Positions 45,239 through 54,035 of a DNA stretch of 64,000 nt are shown here, piece by piece. Origin of the DNA: Candidatus Melainabacteria bacterium (lineage in GTDB: Bacteria > Cyanobacteriota > Vampirovibrionia > LMEP-6097); NCBI GenBank assembly GCA_005110385.1, contig DUDT01000009.1, positions 1,660 to 65,659 on the forward strand, read 5' to 3'. Position 1 is the stretch's first letter; the number at the start of each line of letters is the position of its first letter. Under the pieces are notes generated by a model. It ran no database searches and was not told the origin of the DNA. It worked only from the letters and a program-made list of their open reading frames with translations. The position numbers and the translations under genes were made by a program.

Positions 45239-46447
45239 CTACACGTTTTCTAAAAACTCATAAAAATTACTGCGATTAATAACATTGAAATTCGCTAGAG
45301 GAAAGTCTTTCTCCCATTGGCTGGGGATTTTAATCTTAGTTTCTTCTTTACTGTATTTAAGCTCATAAGCATAGAGATGATTTAATTTACCGTCGCCAAG
45401 TTCTTCGATTAGGTCTATCTCCTGATCTCCTAGATTCGCTTTCACTCGCCAGAAATATGTTTTAAGAGAATTTCCATGAATATATTTATTTAGTTTTCTT
45501 TTCTCTGCGATTATAAAATTCTCCCATAAAGCCCCGATATCACTTCTGAAGGCTAATCCAGAAAAGTCATTAATTAAAGCATTTCTAATTCCATTATCGT
45601 AAAAATAATATTTTTTTTGTTTTTTAATTGCATTGCTCGGATTCTGTTTTTTAAGTGAAGTAGCAGCCTCTTTAGAAAAGCTATCTAGCTTAAACACCAG
45701 AAATGATTTTTCCATTAATTCTAAATATTTCTCTACAGTAGCTCGATTAAGCTGTAATTCATTTGCTAAATCATTTAGGTTTAATATCTGCCCTGCTCTG
45801 TAAGCCACTAGCATAGCGAGGTGTTCTATCTTACTTGCATTTTTAAGACCGTCTAAAGTGAAAATATCTTTAAAAAGGTAATCATTAATTATGCTTCTGA
45901 GTAAATCGATTCTCTCATCTCTATGTAAAGGCTTATCACTTAAAGATATTTCAGGGTAAGAGCCGAAGATTAAACGGTCTTCAAGATTGGTCTTCGCTGT
46001 TTTTTCATCTTTATATATTTCAAATATAGCTGGTGGATATATCTCTATTTCTCGCTTTCTGCCAGCATTAGATTCTTTGATTTGATTCTTGATCTCTATA
46101 CTAGACGATCCAGTCAGGATTAGGCGACTTTCTGTTTTCACGTAATCGGCGAAGTTTTTTATAAAGAGATCCATCTCTTCTAATTTCTGAGCTTCATCGA
46201 TAGCGAGATAGTCGTATTGGCTAAGTTCATTAATCAAAGTTATTTTATCGGTATTATTAAAATAGGCTCTGTCGTAATAGTTATCAGCATTTATAAGTTT
46301 ATAGGTTTTCTTTTTTTTCTCCTGCTCGTTTAAAAACTGTTTTAATAATGTGCTTTTACCTACCTGTCTAGCTCCGAATAATAGAGTAACCTTTTTAGAG
46401 GTGCAGGCATTATATATAAGGTCACTAAGGAATTTTCTATCTATCAT
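45239..46447 (-). CDS. AAA+ ATPase of the AAA_14/DUF4143 (COG1373) family
   Basis: Walker A GARQVGKST, Walker B YLAIDEAQKLEE, a wHTH (NRATVEKYLELMEKSFLV) and a DUF4143-like tail (FFWR...EIDLIEE...YELKYS). Confidence 0.85.
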   Translation of the reverse strand: MIDRKFLSDLIYNACTSKKVTLLFGARQVGKSTLLKQFLNEQEKKKKTYKLINADNYYDRAYFNNTDKITLINELSQYDYLAIDEAQKLEEMDLFIKNFADYVKTESRLILTGSSSIEIKNQIKESNAGRKREIEIYPPAIFEIYKDEKTAKTNLEDRLIFGSYPEISLSDKPLHRDERIDLLRSIINDYLFKDIFTLDGLKNASKIEHLAMLVAYRAGQILNLNDLANELQLNRATVEKYLELMEKSFLVFKLDSFSKEAATSLKKQNPSNAIKKQKKYYFYDNGIRNALINDFSGLAFRSDIGALWENFIIAEKRKLNKYIHGNSLKTYFWRVKANLGDQEIDLIEELGDGKLNHLYAYELKYSKEETKIKIPSQWEKDFPLANFNVINRSNFYEFLENV

Positions 46448-46508
46448 ATATCTAAAATATTATACCCAAATAGTTAAATATATCTATAAAAATATATTAT
46501 GATTGATT

Positions 46509-46553
46509 AAATTAGATAATTTAGTTTAGCTTGTTATATAAAATTAGATAATT
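46509..46553. repeat. 13-nt direct repeat AAATTAGATAATT, two copies, in the promoter region of the ATPase operon
   Basis: Identical 13-mers at 46509-46521 and 46541-46553, 60-105 nt upstream of the minus-strand start at 46447. Confidence 0.6.
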
Positions 46554-46597
46554 GAAGGGGCTTGAAATTATTAGTTTAAGGTTAGTTTTACGATTTT

Positions 46598-46630
46598 AAA
46601 CGCAGAACTTGGAGTTCGGCAATAGTGCCC
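46598..46630 (+). repeat. AAACGCAGAA-type dispersed repeat, copy E (19 nt upstream of the trmFO GTG)
   Basis: aaacgcagaacttggagttcggcaatagtgccc is the best consensus-like copy. Confidence 0.85.
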
Positions 46631-46649
46631 TCTGCTAAAATAAAACTCT

Positions 46650-48110
46650 GTGCACGAAATAACCATAGTAGGAGCTGGGCTAGCTGGTACTGAGACTGCT
46701 TTTCAGCTCGCTAAATTTGCTAAAGCTTATGATCTAAATATTAGGATAAAACTCTATGAAATGCGCCCTAAAGTTAAAACACCAGCTCATCATACGGATA
46801 ATTTCGCTGAACTCGTTTGTAGTAACAGCTTAGGTTCAGAGTTTTTAACCACTGCTCGTGGAGTCTTAATTCAGGAGATGAAGCTTTTCGATAGCCTTAT
46901 AATAAATTCTGCTCTGAAAAGTAAAGTGCCAGCAGGACAGGCTTTAGCCGTGGATAGAGATAAGTTTGCGGAGATTATCTCTGAGGTGATATCTGTAAAT
47001 CCTTATATAGAGGTTATTCGAGAAGAATTTATAAATATACCTGTTGATTTTTTAGAAGCTAATTCTGAATATAATAAAAATAAATTTCTTATCATCGCCT
47101 CAGGCCCCCTCACTAGCCCTAATTTATCTGAGGAGATACAGAAACTCACTCAAGGAAAGGATTTTCTGAATTTTTTTGATGCTGCAAGTCCAATACTTAC
47201 AGCTGAAAGTATAAATATGGATATCGCTTTTAAAGCCTCTCGTTATGGAAAAGGTGAAACTGATGATTACATAAACTGTCCATTTTACAGTGCTGATGAA
47301 TATTATAGATTTCAAGAAGCTTTATTAAGCGCTGAGAGAGCTGAGCTTAAAGATTTTGAGAAAGAAAATATGCGTTATTTTGAGGGCTGTATGCCAGTTG
47401 AGGCGATAGCTGAAAGAGGAAAGGATACACTTAGATTCGGTCCTTTAAAACCTGTCGGCTTAACAGATCCACGCCGCCATAATGAGAAACCCTATGCAGT
47501 AGTGCAGCTTAGACAGGATAATGTTTTAGGCTCACTTTATAACATAGTCGGTTTTCAGACGAATCTTAAATGGGGAGAGCAAAAGCGAGTTTTTTCAATG
47601 ATTCCTGGTTTAGAGAACATAGATATAGTACGTTACGGCGTTATGCACCAAAATATATTTTTAAATAGCCCCACTCTGCTTTCAGAAAATCTTTCTTTAA
47701 AGACACACCCTAATATTTATTTCGCAGGTCAAATTACTGGCGTAGAAGGTTATACGGAATCTGCGGGAACGGGGATCGTTGTGGCTAGAAGTATTATTAT
47801 GAAAATTCTAAGTAGAATTAAACTGAACACGGCAATAGATCTTGAAAATGACAACGGTGCAAAAAATGGAATTGCACCACTCTCACGATTAACCATGCTT
47901 GGAGCATTAGCGAATTATGTTACTAGTGCTGATCCTAAACGCTTTCAGCCGATTAACTCTAACTGGGCATTAATAAACCCCAATCCAGAGGAACTGGAAA
48001 AAAAACTTAGAAAAGATAAAAGGCTTAAAAATGAATTTCTTGCAGAAAGGGCATTAGCTCTGATTAGAGAGGATGCTTTCACAAAAACTGCGACGATGAT
48101 AAATGCTTAG
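46650..48110 (+). CDS. trmFO: Methylenetetrahydrofolate--tRNA-(uracil-5-)-methyltransferase TrmFO
   Basis: GTG start. Motifs ITIVGAGLAGTE, LVCSNSLGS, GFQTNLKWGEQKRVF and FAGQITGVEGYTESAGTG. Confidence 0.9.
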   Translation: MHEITIVGAGLAGTETAFQLAKFAKAYDLNIRIKLYEMRPKVKTPAHHTDNFAELVCSNSLGSEFLTTARGVLIQEMKLFDSLIINSALKSKVPAGQALAVDRDKFAEIISEVISVNPYIEVIREEFINIPVDFLEANSEYNKNKFLIIASGPLTSPNLSEEIQKLTQGKDFLNFFDAASPILTAESINMDIAFKASRYGKGETDDYINCPFYSADEYYRFQEALLSAERAELKDFEKENMRYFEGCMPVEAIAERGKDTLRFGPLKPVGLTDPRRHNEKPYAVVQLRQDNVLGSLYNIVGFQTNLKWGEQKRVFSMIPGLENIDIVRYGVMHQNIFLNSPTLLSENLSLKTHPNIYFAGQITGVEGYTESAGTGIVVARSIIMKILSRIKLNTAIDLENDNGAKNGIAPLSRLTMLGALANYVTSADPKRFQPINSNWALINPNPEELEKKLRKDKRLKNEFLAERALALIREDAFTKTATMINA

Positions 48111-48890
48111 ATGGTGTTTTTGAATAGCCCTACAGTGAGCTAAAGAACCGTAGCCGACATTAGTTTGCCAACCGTAGATCGAAAGCTGGGGTTCATTTTT
48201 AATAATATTCTTCATTAATTTATCGCGAAAATCTTTCGCTATATTGCTTGCTGCTGCAATTGCGGCACTTAGGCTATCGCCTTTTTTTATAGCTATCTGC
48301 TTGATGACTATTTTAGGGGCTGAATTTGATTTATCCATTTCAAGGGAACTCTTTTCACTATTAGCTTTAGAAAATAAATATTCCTCTATATATTCTTCTA
48401 GAGCTGGAATCGATTTAGGTCCATCAACTAAAACTAAAATGTTTTTAGGATAATACTGATTAACTTCATAAAACTGATTAATGATTTTAGCGATAGCTTC
48501 GCTCATGGCGCTAAAAATAGCTTTTACTATACCCTGCTCATCTATATACTCAGCTGATTTTTCTGCTAATGCATAGAATGTGCTGTAAAGCTGGTCTTTT
48601 AGGGAATTTACTAATAATTCTCGGTCTTGGGTTTTTACTTTTTTACTATCATCTAATTTTTTTAAAATAGGCTTGCTTTTTAAAACACTTTCTATAAAGA
48701 CTTTTTCGGCTTTTTTACTCTTTTTTTTATCCTGAAACTCAATACAGCAAAGCTGTTCAGAGGAGAAAGCTGCACAGACCACTGGTCCAGCTAGAGAACC
48801 CCTACCCACCTCATCGACACCAATTAACAAGTCATATTCTTCTTGAAGAAAATTGCTCGCATCGAATTTAATTAATTCTAAGAGTTTCAT
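48054..48890 (-). CDS. rnhB: Ribonuclease HII (with internal Lys-rich insertion)
   Basis: Motifs GVDEVGRGSLAGPVV, DSKK and HRRSF. Confidence 0.85.
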   Translation of the reverse strand: MKLLELIKFDASNFLQEEYDLLIGVDEVGRGSLAGPVVCAAFSSEQLCCIEFQDKKKSKKAEKVFIESVLKSKPILKKLDDSKKVKTQDRELLVNSLKDQLYSTFYALAEKSAEYIDEQGIVKAIFSAMSEAIAKIINQFYEVNQYYPKNILVLVDGPKSIPALEEYIEEYLFSKANSEKSSLEMDKSNSAPKIVIKQIAIKKGDSLSAAIAAASNIAKDFRDKLMKNIIKNEPQLSIYGWQTNVGYGSLAHCRAIQKHHLSIYHRRSFCESILSNQS

Positions 48891-48936
48891 TTATTTGTTA
48901 ATACTGGAAGTTACTAATAAGTATAATTTATAAACG

Positions 48937-49611
48937 ATGAATGTGCTTAATCTCGATTCAATAAAACAAGATCTAATTAAAGTCGCTCATTTTTGTGCTA
49001 CAAAAGGTCTGGTACCAGCAACTTCTGGTAATTTTTCTGCTCGCATAGCAAGTCGAGAAATTTTAATAACCGTTTCTGGCAAAGATAAAGCTGGCTTAAC
49101 GGAAGCTGATTTAATGCTAATAGATTCTCTAGGTAGGGCTAAAGAGTCGAGTCTTAAGCCCTCTGCTGAAAGCCTTTTGCATACACAGATATACAGAGTT
49201 TTTTCTAATGCTCAGTTCATAGCTCATTTTCATTCATCATCTAGCGCTGTTCTATCTAAAGTTCTTTTAAAAAGGGGAATTAAGTTAGTTAAGTTAGAGG
49301 GTTTTGAGCTTTTAAAAGCTCTTTCAGGTGTTGATACTCATGACCATACAGAAATTTTGCCGATTTTTCCTAATAATCAAGATATAGAAGAATTGGCTAA
49401 TTTAATTCAACCTGTTCTTTATAAGCTTGCTAATTCAGATAAACCTTTACATGCTTATCTATTAGCAGGACATGGTTTATATACTTGGGGAAGCACAGTA
49501 AGTGAAACTATTAGGCATGTAGATGCTCTGAATACTTTAATCGAGTCTTATCTACTTGAGATGCAATTAAATAAAATCGTTTATGAGAAGGAAGAAACTG
49601 TAAGAACATGA
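48937..49611 (+). CDS. mtnB: Methylthioribulose-1-phosphate dehydratase (class II aldolase/adducin fold)
   Basis: Motifs ATSGNFSAR, KPSAESLLH and HGLYTWG. Translationally coupled to mtnD. Confidence 0.8.
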   Translation: MNVLNLDSIKQDLIKVAHFCATKGLVPATSGNFSARIASREILITVSGKDKAGLTEADLMLIDSLGRAKESSLKPSAESLLHTQIYRVFSNAQFIAHFHSSSSAVLSKVLLKRGIKLVKLEGFELLKALSGVDTHDHTEILPIFPNNQDIEELANLIQPVLYKLANSDKPLHAYLLAGHGLYTWGSTVSETIRHVDALNTLIESYLLEMQLNKIVYEKEETVRT

Positions 49612-50114
49612 CATTATTGAAAATTTTTGATGAAGCTGCAAATTTAATCTCTGAGTCAGAAGATTTAAAATTCATTCAGGATTCTTTAGCGCCTTCGGGC
49701 GTTTCCATAGAACGCTGGAACCCCCTTTTGGTAGAGTCTTCTAGTGATAATGAGCTACTTGAATTTTACGAATCTGATATAGAGAAGATTAAAGCAGCCT
49801 ATGGTTTTAAAGCAGTGGACTTAATGTCTGTTGATCCAGAATTAGCTCAGAGGGAAGATTTCCCCTCGATAAGGAATAAATTTTTAAAAGAGCATACGCA
49901 TGCAGATGATGAAGTCAGGTATTTTATTTCTGGTTCTGGTCTTTTTACTATTCATCATTTAGATAGGGTGTATAGCATATCGTGCTCTGCTGGTGACTTC
50001 ATTAGAGTTCCAGCTAATACTTGGCATTGGTTCGATATGGGTCCCTGCCCAGAGTTTAAATGCTTAAGATTTTTTAGTGATGAAAGTGGTTGGGTGCCTT
50101 ATTACCGTGAATAA
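49608..50114 (+). CDS. mtnD: Acireductone dioxygenase (ARD cupin)
   Basis: EHTHADDEVRYFISGSGLF and VPANTWHWF cupin motifs. ATGA overlap with mtnB. Confidence 0.85.
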   Translation: MTLLKIFDEAANLISESEDLKFIQDSLAPSGVSIERWNPLLVESSSDNELLEFYESDIEKIKAAYGFKAVDLMSVDPELAQREDFPSIRNKFLKEHTHADDEVRYFISGSGLFTIHHLDRVYSISCSAGDFIRVPANTWHWFDMGPCPEFKCLRFFSDESGWVPYYRE

Positions 50115-50208
50115 TAACTCTACACCGTTCAACGTAGAATTCGGAGAATGCTCATAAAATTTACAATCCATTTTGACTGATTCGCAGTGCTTAGCGTAAA
50201 ATGCTAAT

Positions 50209-50613
50209 ATGTCAACTGAAGTAAAAAGCACTTATACTGGTGATCTTAGAGTTAAGAATATACATTCTGGCTCTGGTTCCGAGATAGAGACAGATGCCCC
50301 GCTTGATAACATGGGGAAGGGTTTAAAGTTTTCTCCCACTGACCTTTTAGTTACAGCATTAGCTAGCTGTATTATGACGACTATGGCGATAGTAGCTGAG
50401 AGAGACGGTATTAGTTTAGAGGGGTTAAGCTGTAGAACTGAAAAGCATATGTCGGATACTAAACCAAGAATGGTCTCTAAGATAGTCTTAGAGTTCACTA
50501 TGCCAAAATCTCTCACAACTGAACAGAGAGAGAAACTAGAGCGATTCGCTACTAACTGTCCGGTACATCACAGCCTAGCTTCTGAAGTGGAAAGGGAGAT
50601 TAGTTTCCTTTAA
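50209..50613 (+). CDS. OsmC/Ohr-family peroxiredoxin-like protein
   Basis: 134 aa. Motifs SPTDLLVTALASC and CPVHHSL. Confidence 0.85.
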   Translation: MSTEVKSTYTGDLRVKNIHSGSGSEIETDAPLDNMGKGLKFSPTDLLVTALASCIMTTMAIVAERDGISLEGLSCRTEKHMSDTKPRMVSKIVLEFTMPKSLTTEQREKLERFATNCPVHHSLASEVEREISFL

Positions 50614-50634
50614 AAACCTGATAAACTTAGATAT

Positions 50635-50868
50635 ATGGAAGAGCTCTTGATAAGTGGAGTTATAGGCTTTATTGTGGGTGCTATTTTTTGTGCCCTGTTT
50701 ACGCTTTACGGTAAATATTTCGGCATTAAAGGCATTACTCCTAAAGGATTTATTAATCAGAAAGATAGTAAGACTATAAAGCTTCAGTACGATCTTCTTA
50801 AAACAGAAAACGATCAGCTTAAAGCTAAAATTAAAACCCTCGAAAAAGCTTTAGAACTCTGTAGTTGA
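50635..50868 (+). CDS. Hypothetical small membrane-anchored coiled-coil protein
   Basis: 77 aa with one N-terminal TM segment followed by a heptad-like LKTENDQLKAKIKTLEKALE. Confidence 0.45.
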   Translation: MEELLISGVIGFIVGAIFCALFTLYGKYFGIKGITPKGFINQKDSKTIKLQYDLLKTENDQLKAKIKTLEKALELCS

Positions 50869-50890
50869 GAAGATCATGGCAATGGTGCCA

Positions 50891-51763
50891 TCAAGCTCGG
50901 GGATGAAACTCTTTAAAAGCCTTCAATAGTTTATAGTCTTTAGTCTCTTTAGCTAATGATAAGTAGTGCGCTGGAACTTTAATACCTAAATTATTTTCTA
51001 AAGCTTGAATAGTTAAACCATCTTCAAGTAAATGTACTATGCGACTGCGTTTTAATTTCTTAGCCTGAATATCATACTTCTTTAATAACTTCGCTATTTT
51101 CACCTCCGAATCTAATTCAGAGATTCCAGTAAAAATGCATGCATCTAAACTCAGTCCTTCTTTAATTTTTAAAAACTGTTTTAGTCTTAAGGCTAAGTTA
51201 TCTGATAATTTTATTTCTGCAAACCGTGACTGCTCACGACTAGGAAGTTTTGCATTTTCGGCAACAGTGCCAAATCGCAATCTAAAAGAGGCTGTCGCAA
51301 AATTAAAATCTAAAACTTTTATGTTCAAAAGCTCAGAAGGAGATAAGCATAATTCAAACAAAAGTTCACAAAAAAGTAATTCAATTGGATCTTTAATCTT
51401 AGATAATTTTTCTAATAATTCTGATTTCGTATAAAAATCCTCAGCAGGCTCATTTGGAGTGTTTTTCACAGTTAGATTTTCATTAAAAGGATCATTTTCC
51501 AAATTTAACCATTTAGTAAACTGTCTTAAACTCGACAGTTTAACTTTATAAGTACTTAAATTATAGGTTTCCTGAAGATAAACTAAATAGACTCTAATAG
51601 AATCAGCGTTCAGTTCTAGCTTATTTATAGATAAATATTCAATAAACTTCTCTAAATCACGGCTAATAGAAGATATGGCATCTAAAGACTTTCTAGATTT
51701 AGTTTTTAGAAAATCCAGAAAAAATTCTAAAAGCTCAAGATTAGTTTCTGAATTACCTGTCAT
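50891..51763 (-). CDS. XerD-like tyrosine-recombinase homolog with substituted catalytic residues
   Basis: SAM-like N-domain and a C-terminal ...FHPRA, like the E. coli XerD tail HHPRA. Box I reads CLSPSEL (Arg to Ser), box II reads KKLKRS (HxxR lost) and LGI replaces LGH. Confidence 0.7.
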   Translation of the reverse strand: MTGNSETNLELLEFFLDFLKTKSRKSLDAISSISRDLEKFIEYLSINKLELNADSIRVYLVYLQETYNLSTYKVKLSSLRQFTKWLNLENDPFNENLTVKNTPNEPAEDFYTKSELLEKLSKIKDPIELLFCELLFELCLSPSELLNIKVLDFNFATASFRLRFGTVAENAKLPSREQSRFAEIKLSDNLALRLKQFLKIKEGLSLDACIFTGISELDSEVKIAKLLKKYDIQAKKLKRSRIVHLLEDGLTIQALENNLGIKVPAHYLSLAKETKDYKLLKAFKEFHPRA

Positions 51764-51929
51764 CCAAGATTTGCTTTAATTCTCTTTCTAAACCATATTT
51801 TATAATAAAGGACTGTATCAGTGGGCTTTTAGCCTCCCAGCCGATTTTGAGTAAATGCCTTAAATGATCTATAGGACCTAGATTTTTATTTAATGTACTA
51901 GACTCAGCATCAAGAATCTCATCTGACAT
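51753..51929 (-). CDS. Possible 58-aa ORF overlapping the xerD-like start
   Basis: ATG at 51929. Translation is MSDEILDAESSTLNKNLGPIDHLRHLLKIGWEAKSPLIQSF.... It is below the ORF-track cutoff and has no motif. Confidence 0.25.
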   Translation of the reverse strand: MSDEILDAESSTLNKNLGPIDHLRHLLKIGWEAKSPLIQSFIIKYGLERELKQILDDR

Positions 51930-51949
51930 GGTGAATACTTAACTGTTTT

Positions 51950-52438
51950 TTATTTTCCAGCATTTCCTTGAGGTTTAATTATACCGTTATCAGCAGACCA
52001 GACGGTTCCATCCTCAAATAGAACTTCTTCTACTGCAATAATATATAAAGTCTCTAAATGAAAATTAATCATACGTTCTTGATAAGCTTTATCAGTTTTA
52101 CGCGGTTTAATTTTTTTAGTAGAAGTGATTATAATTTCTTTTACAGAATCATCCTGAAACGGAGTGTATTCTTTTACTCTTAATTTATATGCAAGAATAT
52201 CTCTTTGTGACTGGTTTTTAACTTTTACATAGAATTGATTCGCTACATCCTTAAGACCAAGTTTATTAATACCTTTATCTTGAATTTTAAATTCAGAAAT
52301 CTTCAGTGGATTTTTCAAAGAATTTCTAATAACAAACTCAAAACGTTTTTTATCTGTTATCGATTTAGCCAAAAGCTCTAGAGGAGCTAAAAGAAAGCAT
52401 AAAATCATTATTAAACACAATCTAGAAAAAGTTTTCAT
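51950..52438 (-). CDS. Hypothetical secreted protein downstream of the secretin gene
   Basis: The internal ATG at 52438 gives MKTFSRLCLIMILCFLLAPLELLA (signal peptide). The longer track ORF would overlap the secretin gene. Confidence 0.5.
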   Translation of the reverse strand: MKTFSRLCLIMILCFLLAPLELLAKSITDKKRFEFVIRNSLKNPLKISEFKIQDKGINKLGLKDVANQFYVKVKNQSQRDILAYKLRVKEYTPFQDDSVKEIIITSTKKIKPRKTDKAYQERMINFHLETLYIIAVEEVLFEDGTVWSADNGIIKPQGNAGK

Positions 52439-52448
52439 CTTTAGACCT

Positions 52449-54035
52449 TTATGTAGTTGGGAAATACTGCTGTATCTGTTCTTTATCTGCATTCTTAACA
52501 TGAGGAGTGATTAATATCATTAATTCAGTTTGATTTTTCGATTTAGAACTATTACCAAAAAGCTGACCAATAATAGGAATCTTACTCAGCACGGGTACTT
52601 GATTATTAGCTGAACGTGTTTTCTGATCATCAAATATTCCACCAATAACTATAGTTCTATGATTAGGTATCTGAACCTCTGACTTAATCTTACGCCTCGT
52701 AGTACTAACTGGAATACCCGTTGTTGGGTTGATATCACCATTAGCTGAAACTTCAACTTCGACTTGAACCGTAATAATACCACCATGACCGACTATTGGA
52801 GTGATGTTTAAAGAATTACCAGCCGTAACTCTTTGAATCTGCTGTGTCTGAACGGCAATACTAGTACCACCACCCGTACCACTAGCGGCATTTAATAATA
52901 CATTTACGTCTTGATCGAAATTAATCTGTGCACTTTTCCCACTAGTGACGAGAAGCCTCTGGCTGACTTTAATCTGAGCATTAGATGAATTCTGATTTAG
53001 AGTAGGCTTAGCATTAAATATCTGAAATTCATTTGCTCCTAAATTTAAATTAAAACCACTGCTAATAACATCATCCACGGCAGAAGTAGACAAGTCTGGA
53101 GCAAATCTGCCGATTCTACCTAAGCCAAAAGTTTTTTGATATGGATTTATACTTCGCCCAAACCTTTCAGAAAGCTCTACTAGTTTAACATCTAGTTCTA
53201 CTTGGGGGATAGGCTGATCTACGGCAAAAATAAATGCTTTTAATTTTTTTATATCTTCCACTGAACCATCAGCTACTAGAGCATTTTGCTTTTCACTAGA
53301 TTTAGCTAGCTTCTTAAGCTCATCTGGTAATAACTTAATTACCTCTGCGGCATCAAGGAAATTTAAAGGAATAAAAGCAGTGTCATTATAAAGACTAAAG
53401 TTTTTATTAGCACTGTTATAAATCACATAAGCATCACCCGATTTCGTAAATTTAAACTGGCTGCCAGAAAGCACTAGAGTTAAAGCGTCATTTAAAGTAG
53501 CCTTCTTTAATTTAACTGTAACTCTTTCAGTTGGTTGTGCAGTAAGAATAATATCTACACCATAGCGATTAGCGACATCTTTTAAAATATTAGAAACATC
53601 TTCATTATCGTAAGTAAGATCTGCAGATCTTTCCTCTAAAGGCTTAGTTAAATCTATATCACTAGACTCCAGACTAGAAAAGAGTTTAACATCAGATCTA
53701 CTATTAGCTCTAAGAATAGTAAAGTTATTATCACCCCTAACTATATAATCTACGCCAGCAGCTCTGACTAGGCTCATAAAAGCTTCATTAAATGGCTGCT
53801 CTTTAATTTCCACCACTGAAATAAGCTGCCTGTCTTGAATCTCACCACTAACCGTGATGCTTTTACCAGATATACGCGCTAAAGTGGCGAAAGCATCTCT
53901 AACTGGAACATTGCGAGCAGAGAAACTCACTAGGGCAGCAGCATTCACTCCTATGAAGGTAGCTGTAATTAAAAGAATTATTAAACAGAAGTTAATTACT
54001 CTCTTCAATTTATCCCCTTCTCGTTTTATGTTCAA
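52449..54035 (-). CDS. Secretin (GspD/PilQ family outer-membrane channel)
   Basis: C-terminal secretin domain ending in VPVLSKIPIIGQLFG...TELMILITPHV, plus N-terminal STN/secretin-N-like repeats. Confidence 0.85.
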   Translation of the reverse strand: MNIKREGDKLKRVINFCLIILLITATFIGVNAAALVSFSARNVPVRDAFATLARISGKSITVSGEIQDRQLISVVEIKEQPFNEAFMSLVRAAGVDYIVRGDNNFTILRANSRSDVKLFSSLESSDIDLTKPLEERSADLTYDNEDVSNILKDVANRYGVDIILTAQPTERVTVKLKKATLNDALTLVLSGSQFKFTKSGDAYVIYNSANKNFSLYNDTAFIPLNFLDAAEVIKLLPDELKKLAKSSEKQNALVADGSVEDIKKLKAFIFAVDQPIPQVELDVKLVELSERFGRSINPYQKTFGLGRIGRFAPDLSTSAVDDVISSGFNLNLGANEFQIFNAKPTLNQNSSNAQIKVSQRLLVTSGKSAQINFDQDVNVLLNAASGTGGGTSIAVQTQQIQRVTAGNSLNITPIVGHGGIITVQVEVEVSANGDINPTTGIPVSTTRRKIKSEVQIPNHRTIVIGGIFDDQKTRSANNQVPVLSKIPIIGQLFGNSSKSKNQTELMILITPHVKNADKEQIQQYFPTT

